DNA of 37,585 nt from a virus (taxonomy: Duplodnaviria; Caudoviricetes), in the IMG/VR virus record IMGVR_UViG_3300017560_000305, positions 1-37,585 of that record; one strand, given 5' to 3'. A program made the translations under genes and the position numbers. Shown in pieces: positions 8,245-16,510 of this stretch (its first letter is position 1; every line of letters begins with the position of its first letter). A model generated the notes under the pieces. That model made no database searches, was not told the origin of the DNA, and saw nothing but the letters and a program-made list of their open reading frames with translations.

Positions 8245-8461
8245 CGTATTCAGGTCGTACGTGTCAAGGTTGCTGCCGCTCTTCGGCTCTTTGCCTCGTC
8301 TTCAACAACGCCAACAACTGGAACCAGAACTCGAACGTCAGCTCCCACCTATGCTTTAAGAACTCAGACGACGTAGACCTTACCTCTTGGTAAAAAATAA
8401 CAATAATTAGTAGGGGCGGTGGTACCAATCCGGGAAGCCTACCCGAACAAAGCAAAGTTTT
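8245..8461 (+). ncRNA. Putative DGR template RNA (5' flank, TR, spacer)
   Basis: Non-coding interval between target 4 and RT; contains the TR, flanking complementary segments and small hairpins. RNA ends unknown. Confidence 0.6.
8295..8356 (+). repeat. DGR template repeat (TR)
   Basis: CTC GTC TTC AAC AAC GCC AAC AAC TGG AAC CAG AAC TCG AAC GTC AGC TCC CAC CTA TGC TT: seven AAC triplets, 18 adenines, non-coding, about 105 nt upstream of the RT. Confidence 0.95.
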
Positions 8462-9430
8462 GTGAAACGAATATCTAACCTTTTTAACCAGATATGCAGC
8501 GTCGAAAATTTACGCTTGGCCGATCAGAAGGCCCGCCGTGGTAAACTGGATCAGTACGGTGTAAAACGACATGACCAGCAACGGGAGGAAAATCTGCTGG
8601 CTTTACATGAGCAACTCGTCAACCGGAATTATCGGACTTCAGAATACTTGGTACGCACAATTGTTGAACGGAAGACCCGGGTTGTCTACAAACTCCCTTA
8701 TTACCCGGACCGGATAACGCATCACGCGATTATGAACATCCTTGAACCGATTTTTGTCGCGCACTTTACTGCCGATACCTATTCCAGCATCAAAGGCAGA
8801 GGGTTACACCTGGCAGCGGATAACGTTAAAATCGCGTTACGGGATAAGGTGAATACTGCCTACTGCTTGAAAATGGATATCACGCAATTTTATCCTTCGA
8901 TCAATCACGATATTCTGAAAGCTCAACTGCGTCGAAAGTTCAAAGATCTCGATTTGTTATGGCTGCTGGATGAGATTATCGATAGTGCGCCCGGCGTACC
9001 CATCGGGAATTATCTGAGCCAGTACTTTGCCAATTTCTACCTGACGGGTTTTGATCGCTGGGTCAAGCAAGAAAAGGGTGTACGGTATTACTTTCGATAT
9101 GCAGATGATCTGGTCATCTTCGGTGCCGATAAACAGACGCTGCATGCACTGGCTGCTGATATCCGGCATTACTTGTCAGCCAACCTGAAACTTTCAGTAA
9201 AGGACAACTACCAGGTATTTCCAGTAGCTGCGCGCGGCGTTGACTTCCTTGGCTACAAATTCTATCACACGCACACGCGTCTTCGCAAATCCATCAAACG
9301 ACAGTTCGCACGAAGGCTGGCAAAAGGAGCCAGCGGGCAGACCGTTGCCGCTTACTGGGGCTGGGTGAAGCATTGCAATAGTCGCAACCTCATGAAAAAA
9401 TTAACCGGTAAAAAATCATTACAAGCATGA
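8462..9430 (+). CDS. DGR reverse transcriptase (322 aa)
   Basis: DRITHHA, YSSIKGRG, LKMDITQFYPSI, GVPIGNYLSQ (the SQ variant typical of DGR RTs), RYADD, DFLGY; no maturase or endonuclease extension; GTG start. Confidence 0.95.
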   Translation: MKRISNLFNQICSVENLRLADQKARRGKLDQYGVKRHDQQREENLLALHEQLVNRNYRTSEYLVRTIVERKTRVVYKLPYYPDRITHHAIMNILEPIFVAHFTADTYSSIKGRGLHLAADNVKIALRDKVNTAYCLKMDITQFYPSINHDILKAQLRRKFKDLDLLWLLDEIIDSAPGVPIGNYLSQYFANFYLTGFDRWVKQEKGVRYYFRYADDLVIFGADKQTLHALAADIRHYLSANLKLSVKDNYQVFPVAARGVDFLGYKFYHTHTRLRKSIKRQFARRLAKGASGQTVAAYWGWVKHCNSRNLMKKLTGKKSLQA

Positions 9431-11895
9431 CCATTGATATAAACCATGACGGTAAGATTGATATCGCCGTCGGACGTAATCGAAAAGAAACACACTGGAA
9501 AAACAAAGAACTGAAATGGTCGGAGCTGGTAAAAAAGCTGTCCGAAACGCACCGTACTGCGGAGACTGTTAAGGAGTACATGGCCTCTAAAAAACCACGA
9601 CAGGATGAAATCAAAGATATAGGCGGATTCGTTGGAGGATACCTTTCTTCAGGCCGCCGTAAGCCGGAAAACGTAGTGCACCGGCAACTGATCACCCTTG
9701 ACCTGGACTCCGCACAGGCGGACATGTGGTTCAACTTTACGCTGCAGTACGGATGCGCCGCCTGCATTTACTCGACCCATAAGCATACCGCCGCCGCGCC
9801 GCGGATCCGTTTGGTAATCCCGCTGGACCGTCCTGTCTTCTCAGATGAATATGTTGCTATAGGTCGACGCATTGCCGGTGACATTGGTATTGAAGATTTT
9901 GACCACACCGGTTTTCAACCTTCCCGGCTCATGTACTGGCCCTCTACTTCGAAAGATGGCGAGTTCCTATTTGAGTGCCAGGACGGTCCGTGGTTGTCGG
10001 CGGATGAAATACTCAGTCGGTACAGGAACTGGCGGGATTCAAGTGAGTGGCCAGTCAGTCAGCGCAACGACAATGTGATCCAAACCGCCATTAAAAAGCA
10101 AGGCGACCCGCTTGAAAAGCCGGGTGTCGTTGGGGCCTTCTGCCGCACCTACGATATTCACCAGGCAATCGATACGTTTCTTCCTGATGCCTACGATGCC
10201 TGCGATGTTGAAAACCGATACACGTACAAAGAAGGCAGCACGTGGGCGGGACTGATTGTGTATGACGGAAAATTTTCTTACAGCCACCACGGTACGGATC
10301 CAACCAGTGGAAAGCTATGCAATGCTTTCGACCTGGTGCGCCTGCACAAATACGGTTTGCTCGACGAGGAGGCAAGGGAAGGTACACCGGGGAATAAATT
10401 ACCGTCGTATACGGCTATGATTGATTTTGTCACCAAAGATCCTGAGGTCCGTAAAATGATTGTCAGGGAGCGATTGCAGGAAGCCGAAGATGTATTTGGA
10501 ACCGAAGATGAAGATGCCAGTGAAGAACCGGAAAACGATGATTGGAAAGAGCAACTGGACATGGACAAAAAGGGCAATCTGCACAGCACTATTAACAATG
10601 TGGTGCTGATCATGGAGAACGACCCGAAACTTAAAGGCCGTATCGCCTACGATGAGTTTGAACAGCGGTTGATCGCTACCCGGAACTTACCCTGGCGAAA
10701 GATCAACCACCAGAACCGATACTGGTCAGATAAGGATGACGCCAATATATCCCTGTATTTGGAAAAGCTGTATGGTATGCCCGCGGCAAAGCTTGACACC
10801 GCGATTGGGGTGATCAGCGAAAAAACCCGGTTTCACCCGGTACGCGACTACCTCAACACGTTGCAGTGGGATGGGGAGCCACGTGTCGAAACATTGTTTG
10901 TCGAATACATGGGCGCAGAAGATACGCCGTATGTGCGGGCTGTTACTCGTAAAACGATCACGGCCGCGGTGGCACGGGTGATGCAGCCAGGGGTTAAGTT
11001 CGACTATGTATTGACTATTGTCGGTAAACAGGGGCTGGGTAAAAGCTCCCTGATCGGTAAACTTGGCCGGCAGTGGTTCTCTGACAGCTTCACCACCATA
11101 CAGGGGAAAGAAGCTTTTGAACAAATACAGGGTGTGTGGATCGTGGAGATCGCGGAGCTGGCCGGTTTACGCAAAGCCGAGGTCGAAGCGATCAAGCATT
11201 ATATCTCCAAACGGGAAGATCGGTACCGCGTGGCTTATGGCAAACGGGTGGAGAACTTCCCCCGCCAGTGTATCTTCTTTGCTTCCGTCAATAAGAAGGA
11301 CTTCCTAAAAGATTCATCTGGTAACCGCCGATGGTGGCCGCTCGATGTATTCAACGGGAAGCCGGAAAAGAATGTTTTCGTTGATCTGACCGATACCGAG
11401 ATCAACCAGGTATGGGCAGAGGCGGTAACGCTATACAAGGCCGGTGAACCGCTATATCTGGACCGGGAGCTGGAACAGGAAGCACAGCAGATTCAAAGCC
11501 GCCACAGTGAACAGGACGACCGTACAGGCATTATCCTGCGGTACCTGGAAACCTTGCTGCCGGAGGACTGGGAGAAAAAGGATACCTACGAACGCCGCGC
11601 GTGGTTGAACGGTGATAAAGAGCTCCAGGAGGAGGGCACGGTACAACGGCAACGGGTGTGCGCAGCGGAAATCTGGTGTGAAGCTTTGGGCGGATTTCAG
11701 AAGGAGATGAACTCCCAGAATACGAGGTTTATACATGATGTCATGCATCAATTAGACAACTGGGTAGAAACGAAAAATAAAAGCCGGTTTGGTATCTACG
11801 GCGTAATGAAAGGATACGAATTAAATGTTGCCGCTGTTGCCCATAAAAGCAAGTACGGCAACAACAAGGGCAACATTTTAAAAACTGAAAGTTAA
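9427..11895 (+). CDS. Primase-helicase, VapE (virulence-associated protein E) family
   Basis: N-terminal primase-like LDLD and STHKH..RIRLVIPL; Walker A GKQGLGKS, EIAEL, SGNRRWWP. Confidence 0.9.
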   Translation: MTIDINHDGKIDIAVGRNRKETHWKNKELKWSELVKKLSETHRTAETVKEYMASKKPRQDEIKDIGGFVGGYLSSGRRKPENVVHRQLITLDLDSAQADMWFNFTLQYGCAACIYSTHKHTAAAPRIRLVIPLDRPVFSDEYVAIGRRIAGDIGIEDFDHTGFQPSRLMYWPSTSKDGEFLFECQDGPWLSADEILSRYRNWRDSSEWPVSQRNDNVIQTAIKKQGDPLEKPGVVGAFCRTYDIHQAIDTFLPDAYDACDVENRYTYKEGSTWAGLIVYDGKFSYSHHGTDPTSGKLCNAFDLVRLHKYGLLDEEAREGTPGNKLPSYTAMIDFVTKDPEVRKMIVRERLQEAEDVFGTEDEDASEEPENDDWKEQLDMDKKGNLHSTINNVVLIMENDPKLKGRIAYDEFEQRLIATRNLPWRKINHQNRYWSDKDDANISLYLEKLYGMPAAKLDTAIGVISEKTRFHPVRDYLNTLQWDGEPRVETLFVEYMGAEDTPYVRAVTRKTITAAVARVMQPGVKFDYVLTIVGKQGLGKSSLIGKLGRQWFSDSFTTIQGKEAFEQIQGVWIVEIAELAGLRKAEVEAIKHYISKREDRYRVAYGKRVENFPRQCIFFASVNKKDFLKDSSGNRRWWPLDVFNGKPEKNVFVDLTDTEINQVWAEAVTLYKAGEPLYLDRELEQEAQQIQSRHSEQDDRTGIILRYLETLLPEDWEKKDTYERRAWLNGDKELQEEGTVQRQRVCAAEIWCEALGGFQKEMNSQNTRFIHDVMHQLDNWVETKNKSRFGIYGVMKGYELNVAAVAHKSKYGNNKGNILKTES

Positions 11896-12033
11896 CAAGT
11901 TAGGCCATTTGTTGCCCTTGTTGCCTTAAAATACTATATGATTTAAAAATATAGGATTAGAGAGAATAAAGGCACCCGCGATCGCCTAAACGCCCCCGCG
12001 TAAGAGTTTAAGATTTTAAGGCAACATGCAACA
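11826..12033. repeat. TGTTGCC/GGCAACA repeat array, candidate replication origin
   Basis: Seven exact heptamer copies in paired alternating orientation around an AT-rich core, right after the primase-helicase. Confidence 0.65.
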
Positions 12034-12054
12034 AAATGCGAAAAATACCAAACG

Positions 12055-12333
12055 ATGAGAGAAAAGACAATTGAAACCCGGCTTCGTAATGAAGTCAAAA
12101 AGCGCGGAGGTATTGCCCTGAAATTCGTGAGCCCTTCGCATGCAGGTGTGTTTGACAGGATCGTGCTGATGCCGGGCGGCAAAACCTGGTTTGTAGAACT
12201 GAAGGCCCCTGGTAAAAAATTATCGCCGCTGCAAGAAGTATTCCGTAAACAACTGGACGCTTTACAACAGCCCTACCGGGTGGTAGATGATCTGCAAAGC
12301 TTGGATGAATTTTTAAACCTTATCGAGTTATGA
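12055..12333 (+). CDS. VRR-NUC domain nuclease
   Basis: MREKTIE, KFVSP..GVFDR, FVELKAPG..LSPLQ. Confidence 0.9.
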   Translation: MREKTIETRLRNEVKKRGGIALKFVSPSHAGVFDRIVLMPGGKTWFVELKAPGKKLSPLQEVFRKQLDALQQPYRVVDDLQSLDEFLNLIEL

Positions 12334-13739
12334 AGTATCAACCTTTTCCTTACCAGGAATACACTACTCGCCGTATCATCGAAAATACCTGTGGCCCGTT
12401 ACTGGACATGGGGCTTGGCAAAACGGTATCAACGCTTACAGCCATCGATCACTTGATCTATGAAAAGCAAGAGGTGAAAAAAGTACTGGTAGTCGCACCG
12501 CTTCGCATAGCGGATGAGGTGTGGTCGACAGAAATTGCGAAGTGGGATCACCTGAACCGTTTACGGTTGTCTAAGGTGTTGGGGTCTGAAAAAGAACGTA
12601 AACAGGCACTGCGTGTGCAGGCGGATATCTACGTCATTAACCGGGAAAACATTCCCTGGCTGGTGGCTCAGTACGGTACAGCCTGGCCTTTTGATATGAT
12701 CGTGGTAGATGAAAGCAGCAGCTTTAAGAACCCGCAATCCAAACGGTTTAAAGCGCTTCGCAAAGTGCGACCTCTGGCAAAGCGCGTGTATACGCTTACA
12801 GGAACGCCGACACCAAACGGTCTGTTGGGACTGTGGCCCCAGGTGTACCTGTTGGATCGCGGCGAACGGTTGGGAGAGTCATTTTCCAATTTTCGCAAAC
12901 AGTACTTCGATCCCGATAAACGTAACGGAGAAACGATCTTCAGCTATGCAATCAAACGGCCGGACCGGAAGATGAACGATATCCTTGGCCGGGATATATT
13001 CGAAAAGGAGATTCACGACAAGATTGGTGATATCTGTTTTTCCATGAAGGCGAGCGATTACCTGGATCTTCCCGCGCGCATTGACCGTATCCGGCAGGTT
13101 CAATTAGGGGCAAAAGTACAGGCGCAGTATGATGAGTTTGAACGCGACCAGGTCTTGACGCTGCTGGGTGACCAAGAGATTACAGCGTTCAATTCCGGGG
13201 CCTTGACTAGTAAATTGATGCAATATGCAAACGGTGCTATTTACGATGAGAATAAGGACTGGCATGAAGTGCATGATGCAAAGCTGGCGGCCCTGGAAGA
13301 GATCGTCGAGGCGGCAGACGGTAACCCGGTACTGGTATTCTATTCATTCAAGCACGACCTGGAACGAATCAAAACCCGGTTGAGTGGCTACCGGGTCCGG
13401 ACACTGCAAACGGCCAAAGATATCCATGACTGGAACGACGGAAAGATCGAAGTGTTGTTGGCGCACCCAGCTAGTGCCGGCCACGGACTTAACCTACAGG
13501 CAGGCGGAAACATCATCGTATGGTTTGGGTTGACGTTTGACCTTGAGCTGTTCCAGCAGGCAAATGCCCGCTTGCATAGGATGGGCCAAACCAAGCCTGT
13601 TATCATTCACTACCTGATCGTCAAAGGAACCATTGATGAAGAAGTTGTTGCCGCCTTGGATAGCAAGTCCGGAAAACAAGAGGCTGTGATCAGGGCGGTC
13701 AAGGCCCGAATTGATAAACACCGAAAACATGCCGCATGA
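12330..13739 (+). CDS. SNF2-family (SF2) helicase
   Basis: DMGLGKT, VVDESS, LTGTP, GHGLNLQ, QANARLHRMGQ. Confidence 0.93.
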   Translation: MKYQPFPYQEYTTRRIIENTCGPLLDMGLGKTVSTLTAIDHLIYEKQEVKKVLVVAPLRIADEVWSTEIAKWDHLNRLRLSKVLGSEKERKQALRVQADIYVINRENIPWLVAQYGTAWPFDMIVVDESSSFKNPQSKRFKALRKVRPLAKRVYTLTGTPTPNGLLGLWPQVYLLDRGERLGESFSNFRKQYFDPDKRNGETIFSYAIKRPDRKMNDILGRDIFEKEIHDKIGDICFSMKASDYLDLPARIDRIRQVQLGAKVQAQYDEFERDQVLTLLGDQEITAFNSGALTSKLMQYANGAIYDENKDWHEVHDAKLAALEEIVEAADGNPVLVFYSFKHDLERIKTRLSGYRVRTLQTAKDIHDWNDGKIEVLLAHPASAGHGLNLQAGGNIIVWFGLTFDLELFQQANARLHRMGQTKPVIIHYLIVKGTIDEEVVAALDSKSGKQEAVIRAVKARIDKHRKHAA

Positions 13740-13996
13740 CCTGGGAGGAAATAATAAAAGCCACAGAGGCGGGGGCTTATTCGGTTGAGCCCTTACGCGC
13801 CTATTTGTTGGAGATAGAGGATGTAATTCGTTATTCCGGGCGTTTTCTGCGAGTGTTTGAGATCACAGCTACATGCATAAAAGCCCAGCAAGCAGGCGAT
13901 GAACGCGGATATAAAAGCGTAAAGTTTGGCAGGCAATCGAGAGAGCGGGTAGAGCTTATTGTTTTCAGAAAGACCGGATGTTTCAGAAATGTTTGA
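13736..13996 (+). CDS. Hypothetical protein
   Basis: ATGA-coupled to the helicase; 86 aa. Confidence 0.55.
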   Translation: MTWEEIIKATEAGAYSVEPLRAYLLEIEDVIRYSGRFLRVFEITATCIKAQQAGDERGYKSVKFGRQSRERVELIVFRKTGCFRNV

Positions 13997-14022
13997 AACT
14001 ATGCTATATTTTATTATCTTCG
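13992..14022 (+). promoter_or_regulatory. Possible Bacteroidota-type promoter for the sigma-like gene
   Basis: TTTG 13992-13995, 19-nt spacer, TATCTTCG 14015-14022 (one mismatch to TAnnTTTG). Confidence 0.45.
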
Positions 14023-14037
14023 ATAAAACGCTAACCT

Positions 14038-14526
14038 TTGACTCGTGACCAGATCATCAACGCTGTATTTAACAGTAGGCAACTCGATGCCTGGATCTGT
14101 CGTCTGCAGCGCGAAGACCTTCGCCAGGATTTAAAAAGCGAGGTGATTGAGACCCTTCTTCTTTTGGATGACAGCTTTTTACAAGAGTTACATCAGTCTG
14201 GAAAAATCATAGGTTATGCGATGGGGGCAGCATGGAATATGTGTGCCAGAAAATCCAGTTCATTCAATCGAATGTACCGTTCATGGACCTATGATGTAAA
14301 CGACGTGCCAGATCAGCCGGTTGAGCCTGATGTTGAAATGCACATAGAAGCCGTTCTTTCAGCGGTCAATGAGCTGCCTTGGTATGACAGGGAAATACTC
14401 AAGCTGTATGCGGATATGAGATCGTGCCGGGCAGTACAGAAAAAAACAAACATCCCACACACCAGTATCAACCTGACAGTAAGAAAGTCTATTAGAACAG
14501 TACGGGAAAAATTAACTAACCAATGA
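14038..14526 (+). CDS. ECF/sigma70-like late transcription factor
   Basis: Region 2-like DLRQDLKSEV; region 4-like VNELPWYDREILKLY..HTH; sits between replication and packaging genes; TTG start. Confidence 0.7.
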   Translation: MTRDQIINAVFNSRQLDAWICRLQREDLRQDLKSEVIETLLLLDDSFLQELHQSGKIIGYAMGAAWNMCARKSSSFNRMYRSWTYDVNDVPDQPVEPDVEMHIEAVLSAVNELPWYDREILKLYADMRSCRAVQKKTNIPHTSINLTVRKSIRTVREKLTNQ

Positions 14527-14831
14527 CTACACCACTACTTATTGTACTGGCGGCTTTGGCCAATGCGACCATGCTGATGCATGTCGTTTTTGAACCGTTG
14601 AGTTACCGACTTTGGATACGTCAACATAGCAAAAAAGGCGGCAAGATACCGCCAGCTAATGAACGGCATTTCTTACCCCGTAAACCTTTTCGGTGTATTC
14701 CGTGTCTGACGGCATGGCTTGCTTTTCTGTTTGCTATGTTCGCAGATCAAGGTGTTTTTTCAGTGGTTTATATCGGAGCCGGCTACATGATGGGTTGTAT
14801 TTATTCAGCCATTCAAATGCGATACCTGTGA
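14523..14831 (+). CDS. Membrane protein with CxxC motif (DUF1360-like)
   Basis: Three hydrophobic segments and CIPCLTAW. Confidence 0.6.
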   Translation: MTTPLLIVLAALANATMLMHVVFEPLSYRLWIRQHSKKGGKIPPANERHFLPRKPFRCIPCLTAWLAFLFAMFADQGVFSVVYIGAGYMMGCIYSAIQMRYL

Positions 14832-15784
14832 AAGTATTAGGACTTGTTTTTAAAGATCACGGCCCGACGTTTCACCGGGTTTTAATGCCTTTGTTGAAGA
14901 TGAGAGAAGTCGACGCATACATCACCAATGCACCGAGGGATGAGGACTTTTCGAGCATCGATGTACTGTATTACAACCGCCATGTTAACCAGGATCTGAT
15001 CGAAAAGGCCCGGGCCGTTGGAGCAAAAATCGTTATGGACCTGGATGATCACTGGGAGTTGGACCCGCACCATGTGGCGTTTCAATCTTCAAAAAAAGTT
15101 CGTGACCTCATTATCCAGCAGGTTCAGCAGGCAGACGCCGTCACCTGTACACACGACAGGCTGGCACAGGAAATATACCGGTACAACAAAAACGTGCATG
15201 TTGCGGCCAACGCTATACCGAATGATCCGGAGTACTTCCCTGTCAAGAACATTCCCGCCGAACTCACCCGTTTATTCTGGCAGGGGTCCATTACCCATGA
15301 AAAAGACATTAACCTGCTGCGGAAGACAGTGCGGACATTAGATTCTAGCCGGTTCATGATGGTCATGGCGGGCTACAATTCGGAGGATGTGGAATGGTTC
15401 CGAATGGCCAATGCCTATACCGACTACCAGAAGATGCCATACTCACTACTGGAAGGGCTTCCGCCTTCAGGCTATTACCGTTACTACTCACTGGCAGACG
15501 TGTGCCTGGTGCCATTACTGTCCACGTGGTTCAATGGGTTTAAAAGCAACCTGAAGGTATTGGAAGCGGCTCACGCTGGCCTACCAGCCATCGTTTCCGA
15601 TGTGAACCCATACCGCGGTTTACCAGTCCTTTACGTTCGAAAGGAAAGCGACTGGCTGAAGTGGATAAATGACAAGGACGCCCAACGTGAATGTGCACGC
15701 GATCTGCAGGCTTTTTGCCAAGAACATTACGACTACGACATGATTAATCAACAACGAAAAGAGTTTTTATTTCATGAAACCTGA
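14828..15784 (+). CDS. Glycosyltransferase (GT-B fold, GT4-like)
   Basis: FHRVLMP, MDLDDHW, FWQGS, KSNLKVLEAAHAGLPAIVSDV; GTG start overlaps the upstream TGA. Confidence 0.82.
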   Translation: MKVLGLVFKDHGPTFHRVLMPLLKMREVDAYITNAPRDEDFSSIDVLYYNRHVNQDLIEKARAVGAKIVMDLDDHWELDPHHVAFQSSKKVRDLIIQQVQQADAVTCTHDRLAQEIYRYNKNVHVAANAIPNDPEYFPVKNIPAELTRLFWQGSITHEKDINLLRKTVRTLDSSRFMMVMAGYNSEDVEWFRMANAYTDYQKMPYSLLEGLPPSGYYRYYSLADVCLVPLLSTWFNGFKSNLKVLEAAHAGLPAIVSDVNPYRGLPVLYVRKESDWLKWINDKDAQRECARDLQAFCQEHYDYDMINQQRKEFLFHET

Positions 15785-16028
15785 AAACAAGCAATTCCTG
15801 GACGAACTCCGGCCCTTGCATGATCTGTATGTAAAGGCTCAATACATCAAACACTTTGACGGCGCAACCCGGCAAAGGCTGCTTGATGTCATACGGGAAG
15901 AGTTTCAGCCTGGTTACCTGGCGGACCTGTGGTGTTCAAGCTGCGTTGCGGATATGCTGGTGTTTGCTTTCACGCAGTATGATAAGCAGCCAAAAGAGAT
16001 ATTAAAGCCTAAAAAGGAACGAAAATGA
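15774..16028 (+). CDS. Small hypothetical protein with CxxC
   Basis: WCSSCV; overlaps both neighbours. Confidence 0.65.
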   Translation: MKPENKQFLDELRPLHDLYVKAQYIKHFDGATRQRLLDVIREEFQPGYLADLWCSSCVADMLVFAFTQYDKQPKEILKPKKERK

Positions 16029-16510
16029 AGTACATCCACCCTACAGCGGTCATCGGCCCCAACGTAACGATTGGGGATGCGTATATCGGCCCATACTGCG
16101 TTATCGGTTATCCTGCCGAACACCGTGGCACCTTTCCCGAGGTGGGCAAGGTGGAGATTTGCGACGGAGCAATCCTGACAGGTCATGTAACCGTTGATGC
16201 AGGTATCGGCATGAATGGTGTCACGTTCATTGGATCTTCAGCATTCCTTATGAAGCATTCCCATGTCGGGCACGATGCTATCCTTTACCAGGGGGTAACT
16301 GTCGCGTGCGGGGCAAAAATCGGTGGACATTGCGTTATCGGCGTTGAAGCAAATATCGGTTTAAACGCAGTGATACATCAACGAGTTATCATACCCGCCG
16401 GTTGTATGATCGGTGCCGGCGCTGTGGTGATCAAAAAAAGCCAGATGCAACCTAATTACAAGTATGCCGGCAACCCTGTGCGGGAACTCGGCCCAAATTT
16501 TAAGATATGA
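16025..16510 (+). CDS. Hexapeptide-repeat (left-handed beta-helix) acyl/acetyltransferase, LpxA/NeuD-like
   Basis: IHPTAVIGPNVTIG, HVGHD, IGAGAVV, YAGNP. Confidence 0.85.
   Translation: MKYIHPTAVIGPNVTIGDAYIGPYCVIGYPAEHRGTFPEVGKVEICDGAILTGHVTVDAGIGMNGVTFIGSSAFLMKHSHVGHDAILYQGVTVACGAKIGGHCVIGVEANIGLNAVIHQRVIIPAGCMIGAGAVVIKKSQMQPNYKYAGNPVRELGPNFKI

Larger units (their letters stand above)
1748..9430 (+). mobile_element. Diversity-generating retroelement with four dispersed targets (VR1-VR4), TR and RT
   Basis: TR/VR pairs differ only at TR adenines; adjacent DGR-type RT. Confidence 0.95.

Noticed and set aside
1967-8356. The repeats as a CRISPR array, with DUF2800 as Cas4
   Set aside because: Repeats are kb apart, inside ORFs and A-variable; no cas1/cas2; DUF2800 is a normal member of this replication module.
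8264-8455. 63-aa minus-strand ORF over the TR as an accessory gene
   Set aside because: Antisense shadow of the structured TR region with no protein-like features.
8462-9430. RT as group II intron, retron or Abi-type RT
   Set aside because: Short, no maturase/endonuclease domain, has the GxxxSQ motif, and sits next to a TR with four A-specific VRs.
16025-16510. True lpxA auxiliary metabolic gene
   Set aside because: 161 aa, lacks the C-terminal helical domain of LpxA; only a generic hexapeptide acyltransferase can be supported.
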